From: Leptospiraceae bacterium
GTDB lineage: Bacteria > Spirochaetota > Leptospiria > Leptospirales > Leptonemataceae
DNA length: 64,000 nucleotides
NCBI GenBank assembly: GCA_040217195.1
Contig: JAVJNR010000008.1
Location: 32,001 to 96,000, forward strand
Direction of reading: 5' to 3'
Shown: positions 41,016 to 50,292 of the stretch, piece by piece
Layout of the letters: each line of letters starts with the position of its first letter
Numbering within the stretch: position 1 is the first letter of the stretch
The notes under the pieces: model-generated
The model's input: the letters and a program-made list of their open reading frames with translations, nothing else
Told to the model about the DNA's origin: nothing
The model's database searches: none
Translations under genes and position numbers: made by a program

Positions 41016-41978
41016 ATGGAAGGAACTATTAATGCTTACCTTGTGCTTGTCCTGGGAGTTCTGATTGGCCTGTTCTGGTTAAGTCTACTATTGTGGCCTG
41101 CCTGGAATACCCTGAAAAAGTGGAATCAGCTAAAGTCCATTTCTAAACATGGAGTTCCCGTATATGGAGAGATAGCCAGTTCCCAGTATTTGCGGACTCC
41201 TTCGCCGGGCAAACCTGCTCCTATTGAAATCCAGGTGGAATTTAAGAATTTTGCCGGCTCAACGATTCAGCATCAGTTTCGATTTATGGATACACGTCCA
41301 GAGGAGAGACGGTACGAAAAGGGTAAATCGGTTCCATTGAAATGTATGGAAAACCCCCAACCTACGGTGATTCTGGCGGAAGGAAAGGCGGCCTTCAGAC
41401 CCTTGTTCTGGATTATCTGGTTTTCCGTGCTGGCAGGCTCCTGCTACGGCATCTATTTTCTACTGTCCCCTTTTCTTCAAACCGTTGAGGGATGGGACTC
41501 ATTGCTACTTTCCCTGGCAGCAATTGAGGTAATGCCCATGCTAACCGCTCTTGGAATTGGCGCAGTCATAACTCTGGTTGTTATTGGCAGCTTCCTTCGC
41601 TCCTTTTCGGCAGGAAACGGGAATCGTCTTAAATTCTACGGTGTTCTCACGGAGGCAACCATTCAATCCAGAAAAGAAACTGGCGTCTATGTGAATCGCC
41701 AGCCTCAGATAGAGTATCATTACAGATTCAGGGATCGCAATGGAGCAGAGCATAATGGTTCGGATAGAGAAGTGATAAGTCTGCTGGATATTGCTGAGGC
41801 CGGCCAGGTAACGTCCCGGCAGATCATGTACCTGCCGGATTTTCCATCTGTGTCTTCTTTTGTAAGTAACATTACCGAGCCATCAGGAACGCGGATACTA
41901 TTGAAGGTTGTGCTCATTTTTGTTTTTCTAGTCTTCTCTTTTGTGATGGGCGGCAACATTATTTCGCAGTTGCGATGA
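41016..41978 (+). CDS. membrane protein with two DUF3592-like repeats
   Basis: TM + G....G.I...beta-rich domain, repeated twice. Start at MEGTIN. Confidence 0.65.
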   Translation: MEGTINAYLVLVLGVLIGLFWLSLLLWPAWNTLKKWNQLKSISKHGVPVYGEIASSQYLRTPSPGKPAPIEIQVEFKNFAGSTIQHQFRFMDTRPEERRYEKGKSVPLKCMENPQPTVILAEGKAAFRPLFWIIWFSVLAGSCYGIYFLLSPFLQTVEGWDSLLLSLAAIEVMPMLTALGIGAVITLVVIGSFLRSFSAGNGNRLKFYGVLTEATIQSRKETGVYVNRQPQIEYHYRFRDRNGAEHNGSDREVISLLDIAEAGQVTSRQIMYLPDFPSVSSFVSNITEPSGTRILLKVVLIFVFLVFSFVMGGNIISQLR

Positions 41979-42168
41979 TAGTCAGGCAGCTTTGAGGTTT
42001 CCGGTTTTATCGCTCATTCCTGGCATTGGAGTAGGAGTTGTGGTCGCGAATGATTCTCATTTCAAAGTTGCTGTGCACCGGTAGGTCTCCAGTACAGAAA
42101 TTGCTTCGCATTCGCAGGCCTGGCGATGGAAAAATCCCAACGTGTTCGCATCGTAATATAACATACGC

Positions 42169-42197
42169 TTGCATACAGAGAGGGGGTATGGTAGTCT
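42169..42197 (+). promoter_or_regulatory. sigma70 promoter with an overlapping CsoR/CstR-like operator
   Basis: TTGCAT-17 bp-TAGTCT (TG extension) containing CATAC-AGAGAGGGG-GTATG. Confidence 0.65.
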
Positions 42198-42206
42198 GAG
42201 TACGGA

Positions 42207-43457
42207 ATGAAACAAATTGTAATTATTGGTGGTGGAACGGCAGGAACTATGATGGCTCATCATCTGGGCCGGAGATTAAAGTCCGGGGAATGGCAGATCA
42301 GTCTTATTGATCCGGAGCCAGAGCATTACTATCAACCAGGGTATCTTTTTATTCCCTTTGGATTCTACACCGAGCAGGACATCGTAAAAGAAAGGGGAGG
42401 GTTGCTTCCGAAAAGCACCAACTGGATTCAGCAAGAGGTAGAAGTCATTGAGCCGGAGCAGAATCGTCTGAAACTCCAGGATGGCCAGGTTTTGAATTAT
42501 GATATCCTGGTAATCGCCACCGGTTCGCGTATCGCTCCAGAGGAAACCCAGGGAATGCTGGGTTCGCAATGGCGAAAGAGCATATTCGATTTCTACAGCA
42601 TTGACGGTGCCAATGCTCTCTATCCTGCCATGGATTCTTTCAATGGAGGTAACATTGTAGTTCATGTGAATGAGATGCCCATTAAATGTCCCGTGGCTCC
42701 CCTGGAATTCAGTTTCCTGGCGGATTATTACTTTGAGAAGAAGGGCATTCGGGATAAGACCAAAATCACCTACGTCACTCCTCTGGGCGGTGCGTTTACG
42801 AAGCCGGTGGCTTCGGCCGCTCTGGGACATCTGATGCAGGACAAGAATATCGATGTAGTGGCTGATTATGCCGTGGAGATGATAGACAATGAGAAAAAGA
42901 AGCTTATCTCATACGATGGACGGGAAGTTCCCTTTGATCTTCTGGTAACGGTTCCTACCAATATGGGGGATCCTTTGATGGAGCGTTCTGATCTGGGAGA
43001 TGAGCTCAATTTCGTTCCGGTGGATAAGCATACTTTGCAGTCTAAGAAGGCAGACAACATTTTTGTCATAGGCGATGCCACAGATGTACCCACATCCAAA
43101 GCAGGTTCGGTTGGTCACTTTGAAGGGGAATTGTTAATCGAGAACATTCAACGTTATATCCGTGGAAAAGAACTGGAATCGTCTTTTGACGGTCATGCGA
43201 ACTGCTTCATTGAATCGGGTCATAAGAAGGGGCTGTTGATCGATTTCAATTACGATCAGGAACCGGTACCGGGAAAGTTCCCCCTGGCAGGTATCGGACC
43301 TATGTCACTGCTCAAGGAGAATCGAATGAATCATCTGGGAAAGCTGGCATTTAAATGGATTTACTGGAATATGATCGTAAAAGCGCGAAAAATCCCCATG
43401 GTATCAGCCAGAATGTCTACATCCGGGAAGAAAATTCAGAAATCATCGAAGGAATAG
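42207..43457 (+). CDS. sqr: sulfide:quinone oxidoreductase-family flavoprotein (type III-like)
   Basis: IIGGGTAG, HYYQPG, LVIATG, KCPVAPLE, IGDA...SKAGS, GHANCFIE; next to sulfur-relay genes. Confidence 0.85.
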   Translation: MKQIVIIGGGTAGTMMAHHLGRRLKSGEWQISLIDPEPEHYYQPGYLFIPFGFYTEQDIVKERGGLLPKSTNWIQQEVEVIEPEQNRLKLQDGQVLNYDILVIATGSRIAPEETQGMLGSQWRKSIFDFYSIDGANALYPAMDSFNGGNIVVHVNEMPIKCPVAPLEFSFLADYYFEKKGIRDKTKITYVTPLGGAFTKPVASAALGHLMQDKNIDVVADYAVEMIDNEKKKLISYDGREVPFDLLVTVPTNMGDPLMERSDLGDELNFVPVDKHTLQSKKADNIFVIGDATDVPTSKAGSVGHFEGELLIENIQRYIRGKELESSFDGHANCFIESGHKKGLLIDFNYDQEPVPGKFPLAGIGPMSLLKENRMNHLGKLAFKWIYWNMIVKARKIPMVSARMSTSGKKIQKSSKE

Positions 43458-43470
43458 TGGAGGTTAGAAT

Positions 43471-43785
43471 ATGGCGGAATTTGAAGTTAAGGATGGTAAG
43501 GTTGAGCTGAACGATGATGGATTCCTTGTGAATCCAGATGATTGGAATCGTGATGTGGCCGAGGCTATTGCGCGATCCAACAAAGTCGAAATGACGGATC
43601 GGCACTGGGTAGTCATCGAATACATGCGAAAGGATTATCAGGAAAGTGGTAAATCACCTACGGTTCGCCGAATTACCAAGAATAGCGGAGTGGATACTAA
43701 AGAGCTATACAAATTGTTTCCAGTAAGACCCGGGGGAACTGCAGCGCGAATTGCAGGTGTTCCCAAACCAGAGGGTTGCGTTTAA
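43471..43785 (+). CDS. tusE: TusE/DsrC-family sulfur relay protein
   Basis: DGFL....W...VA, HW.VI, LYKLFP, C-terminal IAGVPKPEGCV with a single Cys. Confidence 0.88.
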   Translation: MAEFEVKDGKVELNDDGFLVNPDDWNRDVAEAIARSNKVEMTDRHWVVIEYMRKDYQESGKSPTVRRITKNSGVDTKELYKLFPVRPGGTAARIAGVPKPEGCV

Positions 43786-43818
43786 GATGTCTGGAAGCAT
43801 ATCTAACAGGAGAAATGT

Positions 43819-44289
43819 ATGATTGACTTAAGTGGAGATAAAATATCGCTCATTATCAGCAAGGGTTCTCTGGAAGGTATCTATCCAGGTCTTATCATGG
43901 CCAATGGAGCCCGAGCCGAAGGAATGACTGTAAATCTGTTCTTTACCTTCTTCGGTCTGGATGCTGTCACTAAAAAGACCATGGAGCACATCAAGGTAGC
44001 CACCGTGGGCAATCCAGGAATGCATATCCCCACTGTGATCGGGATGTTGCCGGGAATGTCTGGTCTGGCCACTCATATGATGAATAAGAAGATGGAGGAC
44101 CTGGATATCCCGACCATCCCGGAATTCATTGAAATGATCCACGATACTGGGGCTGGCATGTACGGTTGTAAAGCATCTGTAGACATGTTCAAGCTAACCA
44201 GCGAGGACTTCTGCGAACAAATCGATGAAATCATTACCGTGGGCGCTTTCTATGAAATGGCTCATGGTGGCCAGATCGTTTTTACCTGA
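43819..44289 (+). CDS. DsrE/DsrF-like (DsrE2) sulfurtransferase
   Basis: LFFTFFGL, YGCKASVDMF, GAFYEMA..GQIVF. Confidence 0.88.
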   Translation: MIDLSGDKISLIISKGSLEGIYPGLIMANGARAEGMTVNLFFTFFGLDAVTKKTMEHIKVATVGNPGMHIPTVIGMLPGMSGLATHMMNKKMEDLDIPTIPEFIEMIHDTGAGMYGCKASVDMFKLTSEDFCEQIDEIITVGAFYEMAHGGQIVFT

Positions 44290-44481
44290 GTCTGACCGTT
44301 AATATGGCAGGGAAATTCAAGCCCTTCTTTGTTCCGGGTCGCAGCTGCAACGTTCGTAACAGTTTGCGCTCCATTCCATGGGCTGCTTGCTGAATGTCTG
44401 GTAACCTCTGTGCTGTGCAGGTCGACTGGAGGCATTCAACGGTAGCAATCTTCTTTCTGCCTGGTTGCGCAGCGAAACCCT

Positions 44482-45066
44482 TCACTTTTTGAAGAACTTT
44501 CGCAGACTGTGAATAATTCCGGGGGCTTCCTTTTCCATTCCGTAATTCAGTAGCCAATCCGGAATCATGGCAAGCCCCGGATCGAACCTTACCTGGTAGA
44601 TCATTAAAGTGCCAACTTCAGATGGAAAAAGCCTCCATGCACCTTCGTTGACTTTAATGGATCCGTCTGTTCTTTTCCATCGAAGGCCACGAATGTCCGG
44701 ATAGAACCGAGTTTCATTTAATGACCAGCGATCCTGTACGGGCCAGGGAAAGTCTAGAACGGAATGATAGTAGTACAGAGGACCCTTCCTGTATTTGAGT
44801 TTGTTTTCTTTTAATTTGGGAAATAGCTCATTTGTTAATTCTGGATTGGTAAGGGCTGCATAAACCCGATCCGGGCTGGCTGATATGTGACCGATGACGG
44901 TTACCACGCCCAGAGTCTTTCCATTCTTTTCTAAATGGGTAAAGATTCGGTCTCCCTGCGGAATGGATGAGAAGTTTTCTGGTATTAGCTTAGCTGGTTC
45001 GATAGCACTGATTCCAGTTGGCTGAGTCATCCACAGGGTGACTGCCAGAAGATAGACTGGCTTCAT
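44482..45066 (-). CDS. exported SRPBCC/START-family protein (paralogue of 21444..22028)
   Basis: FPWPVQDRWSLNETRF, DGSIKVNEGAWRL, RFDPGL..IPDWL. Confidence 0.8.
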   Translation of the reverse strand: MKPVYLLAVTLWMTQPTGISAIEPAKLIPENFSSIPQGDRIFTHLEKNGKTLGVVTVIGHISASPDRVYAALTNPELTNELFPKLKENKLKYRKGPLYYYHSVLDFPWPVQDRWSLNETRFYPDIRGLRWKRTDGSIKVNEGAWRLFPSEVGTLMIYQVRFDPGLAMIPDWLLNYGMEKEAPGIIHSLRKFFKK

Positions 45067-45236
45067 AATCTGGAATCGTCACGGCTCTGGTGGATGGTGT
45101 CACTAATAAAAATTTAAGATCAGATTTTTCATTCCATTGCTCGGACCGGCCAGACCGGTCATATGGGTGACCTGAACGATTTTCAGTTTACTGCATCTGA
45201 TTTGCTAAGTCCGCAGCCGGGGATTCTATTGAGCTA

Positions 45237-46097
45237 TCAATCGTAGCTGGCGCTTTCTATGTTTCCTTTCCAGAATAGCCAGAACCCGTCCGGCAGATGC
45301 CAGCCCACTTCTGCGTAGAAAGGAATCATTACATTTCCTGCTCTGCGATAATCCCGAAACTTACCTTCCCAGGGATATTGAATGAATTTATCGCCAAACA
45401 AACCATAACGATTCTCTGTGTATATACCGGTTACTTCTCCGCGCTCATTGAATGAAAATAGTAATGATACGGATATTCCTGAATCGTTCAAGGTGGCCAT
45501 GGCTCGATTTTCATCCACGTATTTCCATTCCACTCCATTTTGTGGCAACAATGCCGTGGGATACCATACAGCTTCTGCCAGATATCTATAAAGTGCGGCC
45601 GAATTTAATTCTGGCTTATCTTCCTGACCGCCCATCTTGATCATGGAAAGCATCAGGACCTCACCGGAACCAGTACCAGCCCTGTAGGAATCTAGAACTC
45701 TAATAGATATTGCAGGTGCAATCGCCATTGATGCATCCCACAGGAAGGCCGGAACATCGGCTCTGGCCCAATGCAGCGCCTGGAAGTCTATGTATTTAGA
45801 GCCCTTCGGTGAAACCATCAATTCTCCCTCTTGAATCAACCGAACCTTTCTAAGAATTGGCTGTCCATCGGTCAGCACCAGGCGAAAGTATTTCTGTACA
45901 GGGGCAGGCAAATTCCTTAATGAGTCAAAGCTTACTGTTTCCAGACCGGGTTCGGGTTTCGCCTGACTTATTACTACTTCTGTTCTGGCCAGGATGCGCG
46001 ATGATTGATAAGAATAAAGTGCCAGTCCTGTGGCCAGAAACAATGAAAGCAGAATTAGAATAGTAGAAATGATTGGATGAGTTCGGATGTATTTCAT
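45237..46097 (-). CDS. membrane-anchored DUF6544/DUF6920-like protein
   Basis: N-terminal TM; LPAPVQKY, RYLAEAVWYPTALLP, VEW, PW.G...DY. Confidence 0.7.
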   Translation of the reverse strand: MKYIRTHPIISTILILLSLFLATGLALYSYQSSRILARTEVVISQAKPEPGLETVSFDSLRNLPAPVQKYFRLVLTDGQPILRKVRLIQEGELMVSPKGSKYIDFQALHWARADVPAFLWDASMAIAPAISIRVLDSYRAGTGSGEVLMLSMIKMGGQEDKPELNSAALYRYLAEAVWYPTALLPQNGVEWKYVDENRAMATLNDSGISVSLLFSFNERGEVTGIYTENRYGLFGDKFIQYPWEGKFRDYRRAGNVMIPFYAEVGWHLPDGFWLFWKGNIESASYD

Positions 46098-46136
46098 GAA
46101 AAGTTGTACTTTGCTGTATGGCCTGGTGGTGCCGAA

Positions 46137-46481
46137 TCAGTCCACTCGCCGCAAATGTTTTAGTGCTTCTTCATCGTTGGGGTAGATGCTGAAAATATCT
46201 TTCATCCGAGCAAGGTCCAGAACATAGTCCACTACAGCAGATGGGTCGGATATTGCAAGAGCTGCTCCTCTACTTTCGCATTCCCGAGCAAGAGTTAGAA
46301 TCTTACCAATCCCGGTTGAGCTAATATCGCTAACATCAATCATGTTCAATACAATGAACCTCTTGGACTGATTCAGTGCTTCCGTAACGGCTTCAGAAAG
46401 CCTGGCCACATGCTCAAGGTCCAGTCTTCCCTTAAGGCGGAGCACAGAGGATCTGTCTAAATGCTGAACTTCAATGCGCAT
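46137..46481 (-). CDS. STAS-domain anti-sigma-factor antagonist
   Basis: LKGRLD, LNMIDVSDISSTGIG with the phosphoacceptor Ser region. Confidence 0.88.
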   Translation of the reverse strand: MRIEVQHLDRSSVLRLKGRLDLEHVARLSEAVTEALNQSKRFIVLNMIDVSDISSTGIGKILTLARECESRGAALAISDPSAVVDYVLDLARMKDIFSIYPNDEEALKHLRRVD

Positions 46482-46511
46482 TTCTTTAAGGCCTGGAATT
46501 GAGATATTCTG

Positions 46512-47921
46512 TCACGCAATTTTCCCGGCTCCCCGGAGTTCGAACAGAACCAGGGCTATATCATCGTCCAGGGGGGCACCGCCGGTCCAATCCGAGATAT
46601 ACTTTCGCAGAGATTGCAGCAGTTCATCACCGTTCAAATTGTGGTTGGTCAATAGAAATTGAGTCACGCCGGATTCGGTTAGCATTTCTCCCATCGGGTT
46701 TTCTGCTTCAATCAAACCGTCTGTGTAGATCAGCAATCGATCCTCTGGGTGCATGGGAATACTCTCTGTTTCGTATTCACCGTTCTCAAATAGTCCCAGG
46801 GGCCGACCGAAGGGTCTCAGGGATTCTACGCTCTTTGTAGATTCCCGGATGATCAGCGCCGGAGGATGTCCTCCATTGGTAATTGTGGCGATACCATTCT
46901 GGATATCATAGGAGATGTATGTGGCGGTCACGAACTGGGTCTCAATATTTCCCAGAAGCATGGAGTTCATGTTCTCCAGTACACGTTCCGGCTGCACATT
47001 ACTTTTCTTCTGGGTACTGAATAGTAAGTGCAGCATGGATACAATAAGTGCTGCAGGCATGCCGTGGCCTGATACATCGCACATCAGAATTCCCACTTCC
47101 TTATCTGTTACATGAAAATCGAAATAGTCTCCACCAACCTGAATCATGGGTTCATGTAAAGTTGAGATATGGACCTGAGCCGGGAATTGTTGATTGCCTG
47201 GCATGCTGGAGCGCTGGATGGCCCGTGCCATTTCTAACTCTTTTTCGATGGAGGCCCTGTGCGCCTCTGCCTCGCTGGTCCGGTGAATAAGCAGAAACGT
47301 TTTCTGAACAGAGGCTGAAACAATGAGTGCAATAATGATGTACTGCATTGGCTTTGTGAATATGATATCCACTGGATCTACGCTGGGCCCATTGATGTAC
47401 TCTCTCCAGTCGGTAGTGGTTTTAACATCGGTATAGACTAAAGCGACAGAAACTGTGATGTGGAATAACAAGCATATTCCCAGGGCATAGTAGGTCACTC
47501 TGGGATTGAACTGGAAGATGGTTGTTAGAATCACAATGGCCATGAAATTCCAGACCGGGACCTTGGCCATGAGACCCAGGTTGTCAGGAGAAATGGCAAG
47601 ACCCCAGTAGCAAATGACCGCGATTCCGATGCTCATATCACCCAGCATGGCCAGTAGATTCCAACGACGAATTCCTTCAACGCGGCTCCTTCGCAGTACC
47701 AGGGTATGTATAAAAGTGATGCTTAGATAAAAGATTGTTGCTATCGCATATACTAACGAAACGTAAGGATCTGTACTCTGCATTGCAGTGATCATGATGG
47801 GTACCACCAGAAGGAGCACCATCAGATACCGGAGTCGATTTATAGTTTTGCTGCTCTGTATCTCTTCTTCAGAGAATATGGCCCGGCCTGCCGGAGAAAG
47901 GGAACGAAATAACTGACTCAT
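46512..47921 (-). CDS. membrane PP2C/SpoIIE (RsbU-like) phosphatase
   Basis: Multi-TM N-terminus; ELEMARAIQ, VGGDYFD, DVSGHG, YTDGL.E, DDIAL. Confidence 0.92.
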   Translation of the reverse strand: MSQLFRSLSPAGRAIFSEEEIQSSKTINRLRYLMVLLLVVPIMITAMQSTDPYVSLVYAIATIFYLSITFIHTLVLRRSRVEGIRRWNLLAMLGDMSIGIAVICYWGLAISPDNLGLMAKVPVWNFMAIVILTTIFQFNPRVTYYALGICLLFHITVSVALVYTDVKTTTDWREYINGPSVDPVDIIFTKPMQYIIIALIVSASVQKTFLLIHRTSEAEAHRASIEKELEMARAIQRSSMPGNQQFPAQVHISTLHEPMIQVGGDYFDFHVTDKEVGILMCDVSGHGMPAALIVSMLHLLFSTQKKSNVQPERVLENMNSMLLGNIETQFVTATYISYDIQNGIATITNGGHPPALIIRESTKSVESLRPFGRPLGLFENGEYETESIPMHPEDRLLIYTDGLIEAENPMGEMLTESGVTQFLLTNHNLNGDELLQSLRKYISDWTGGAPLDDDIALVLFELRGAGKIA

Positions 47922-47997
47922 TTAGAACTTCTTTGCAGAGAATGTTCAACTGGATTCTAGCAACTATGATCTGTCAAAGTAGATTCAGTCTATTGGA

Positions 47998-48651
47998 TTA
48001 CCAGCAAACGCAAAGAAAGTGACGTGTATTGTCGCAGGTAACGGACTCAGTATTGATCCAGGTGGAATCTGTGGAGGTTCTCAGACCTGCCATACCGTTG
48101 AATCCAGCGGTACCATCGCCCCAGCTGTTGCAGTGATCCGCTGTTGTACTACCGTCAAAGTCGGTTCCTGTCCAGTAGCGTGTACCCACTGTTGCTACTC
48201 CGGCGCCGCTCAGGCTTATTGCAATGTTACCATCGAATAGAGCAGCCCAGGATGTTTCAATTTGGGTGGATGTTTCTGATACAATTGGCAAACCCGCGGG
48301 CACCCCATGGTTTCCCGGTGCATTTACGAGTGCATCACCGGGGTAGGAGAGAAAGGCCATATCATTGGTACAGGATAGGCCTGGCTTATAGGTAGTTCGT
48401 TCGCTTGTGCACGAAAACGATGTAATGGATCGATTCCCCCGGTTTCCCGGATGGAGTGCATTGGATGCAAATATGATAACCTGGCCTTGATTACTGGAGA
48501 GTAGGCCGGATTCCCCGGAAAGCACAGCCTGAAGGGCCATGGGGTCACAGCTGGCATCCTCCGTTCTGCAGTCCAGCTCATTGACCGAACAGGAGCTTCC
48601 TGCATTTGAGCTCAATGCCAGCAACAGAGACAATGTGATCCATCCTCTCAT
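47998..48651 (-). CDS. lipoprotein with DUF1554 (Len/endostatin-like) domain
   Basis: Signal + Cys; IF......GN.G, YWTG, CNSW, C.....FLCVC. Confidence 0.7.
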   Translation of the reverse strand: MRGWITLSLLLALSSNAGSSCSVNELDCRTEDASCDPMALQAVLSGESGLLSSNQGQVIIFASNALHPGNRGNRSITSFSCTSERTTYKPGLSCTNDMAFLSYPGDALVNAPGNHGVPAGLPIVSETSTQIETSWAALFDGNIAISLSGAGVATVGTRYWTGTDFDGSTTADHCNSWGDGTAGFNGMAGLRTSTDSTWINTESVTCDNTRHFLCVCW

Positions 48652-48693
48652 AACAGTAACTATTCATGATAACGGAGCATTCCTCAGATTGAG

Positions 48694-49695
48694 TCAATGG
48701 TTTTTGTTGCTAAGTCCAGCGTACGGATCCATTGTCTGAAATTCATATGGAATGACCAGATCTATGGATTCCTGGTGCGCTTTCTGTTTTAGCCAGTCCA
48801 TGGTGGAATCAAAATCATCCATGGCCGATGGCAGCGGCTTCAGTGGTTCATCCAGTGGAATCCAGAAATCATCCCAGTGAATGAGAATGATTCTTTCCGG
48901 ATTTACCGCTTGCACCACTTCTTTCCAATACCGGTCTCTGTAATCCGCACTCTGTTTGCCCAGAGCACCAACGCCCAGAAAGACCACATCCACATCCAAA
49001 CCATCTAACGCTCCAGGTTCGAAGCCCGCGCTGCCCTGAATCAAGGCTGAACCCTCAGGATGTTCAATAAGGACGCTGTAGCACTGACCCATGGCATATT
49101 CTTTGTAGCCCGCCGGCGGGAAAAGTGGTTCCGAAACTTCCGTGGGAGCAACCGGATTGGGACTATGGCGGGACTGTATGACTGTCAGTCGAAACTGTCC
49201 TATCTGCATGGGGCGTCCCATTTCTACCAGCTGGATTCTGTCTTCTTCCAGTCCATGCCCGATTGCAATGTTGGCCGAAGAGGGAGAACCAACCAGAGTT
49301 GCATTTGTGATCTTCGCCACATCTGCAGAATCCATGGCATGATCGTAATGCGAATGCAGTGGAACGATTACATCTAGCCTGGTTATTCCAGCCCGGTTCA
49401 AAGATCTTTTAATTGTCTCTTGATCCGGTTCCAGATCAAGAAATAGTACCCTGCCAAGCGAAGGACGAGAAAAAAATCCATCGGTCATAATATGCGACTG
49501 GCCATCCGTTATATAAATCGTAGACACTCCAAGAAATTGTGCCGAAAGCGGGCCTGACTTCTGGTCGGCTGGAGGGAATCGGATGTGAGAATACGAATCC
49601 AGGTTTCCCGGACGAGTGAGGAAGAACACGGCCATAGCTGCAACAGTGACCACAGAGATGAATATTGCGAAGCCGATCTTAACATAGCGCATCAC
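48694..49695 (-). CDS. metallo-beta-lactamase-fold hydrolase
   Basis: DGFFSRP, HSHYDHAMD, SRHS, IHWDDF; N-terminal TM. Confidence 0.9.
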   Translation of the reverse strand: MMRYVKIGFAIFISVVTVAAMAVFFLTRPGNLDSYSHIRFPPADQKSGPLSAQFLGVSTIYITDGQSHIMTDGFFSRPSLGRVLFLDLEPDQETIKRSLNRAGITRLDVIVPLHSHYDHAMDSADVAKITNATLVGSPSSANIAIGHGLEEDRIQLVEMGRPMQIGQFRLTVIQSRHSPNPVAPTEVSEPLFPPAGYKEYAMGQCYSVLIEHPEGSALIQGSAGFEPGALDGLDVDVVFLGVGALGKQSADYRDRYWKEVVQAVNPERIILIHWDDFWIPLDEPLKPLPSAMDDFDSTMDWLKQKAHQESIDLVIPYEFQTMDPYAGLSNKNH

Positions 49696-49742
49696 CGATT
49701 GCAGGTCCCTGAATTCAGATTACCACAACTTTTCTGGCCGGT

Positions 49743-49852
49743 TGCGCTACCGCGCACCGCATGAATGATCCCGATAGCGGGTTCGCCCGTCGCCTCTCGG
49801 CATCCGTGCCTACGGCGACACTTGTCCATCCGTGGACATCGTCTGTCTACCC
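49743..49852. repeat. 110-bp direct repeat, copy 1 (hairpin-rich)
   Basis: Matches 50063..50172 at 108 of 110 positions. Confidence 0.95.
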
Positions 49853-49967
49853 TGCAGAGCAGCCTCCCGACCGCGGCGCCGCATGAAGCTCCGAGCACGG
49901 TTTACAGTTTTACAAAGTGGAGTTTCTGGAGATGGTTTTGGTGGCACGCGGCCGGAAGGCCGCACTG

Positions 49968-49987
49968 GATGCGGGGCAGACGGGACT
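49968..49987 (-). repeat. duplicated 3' end of tRNA-Asp (20 bp)
   Basis: GATGCGGGGCAGACGGGACT is identical to 50289..50308. Confidence 0.92.
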
Positions 49988-50062
49988 GCTCGTCGTTTCC
50001 CACTCCTCGCACATGGAAGGTAGGCAAGCGTCCCCGTGACCGTGTCTGCTTGCAATCGTATG

Positions 50063-50172
50063 TGCGCTACCGCGCACCGCATGAATGATCCCGAGAGCGG
50101 GTTCGCCCGTCGCCTCTCGGCATCCGTGCCTACGGCGACACTTGTCCATCCGTGGACATCGTCCGTCTACCC
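50063..50172. repeat. 110-bp direct repeat, copy 2
   Basis: TGCGCTACCGCGCACCGCATGAATGATCCCGA...GTCTACCC, 320 bp from copy 1. Confidence 0.95.
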
Positions 50173-50292
50173 ATATTGCAAATCTCGCCGTCCGCTCGGA
50201 CGCAACGGGAGCAATGGTTGGTTTGAAGGGAAGAGATAATTGGTCTGGATTTTTCGTTGGGTATCCGGGAGCGGACGCCCAGATTTGAGATG

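Noticed and set aside
43471..43785. Calling this DsrC and inferring dissimilatory sulfur metabolism
   Set aside because: It lacks the second conserved Cys, and no dsrAB is present in the window.
45144..45160. GACCGG-CCAGA-CCGGTC dyad upstream of the second START gene
   Set aside because: Short GC-rich palindrome, single occurrence, no linked regulator; could be chance.
49743..50172. CRISPR array interpretation of the direct repeats
   Set aside because: Only two copies, 110 bp long with a 210-bp interval, and no cas genes; outside CRISPR dimensions.
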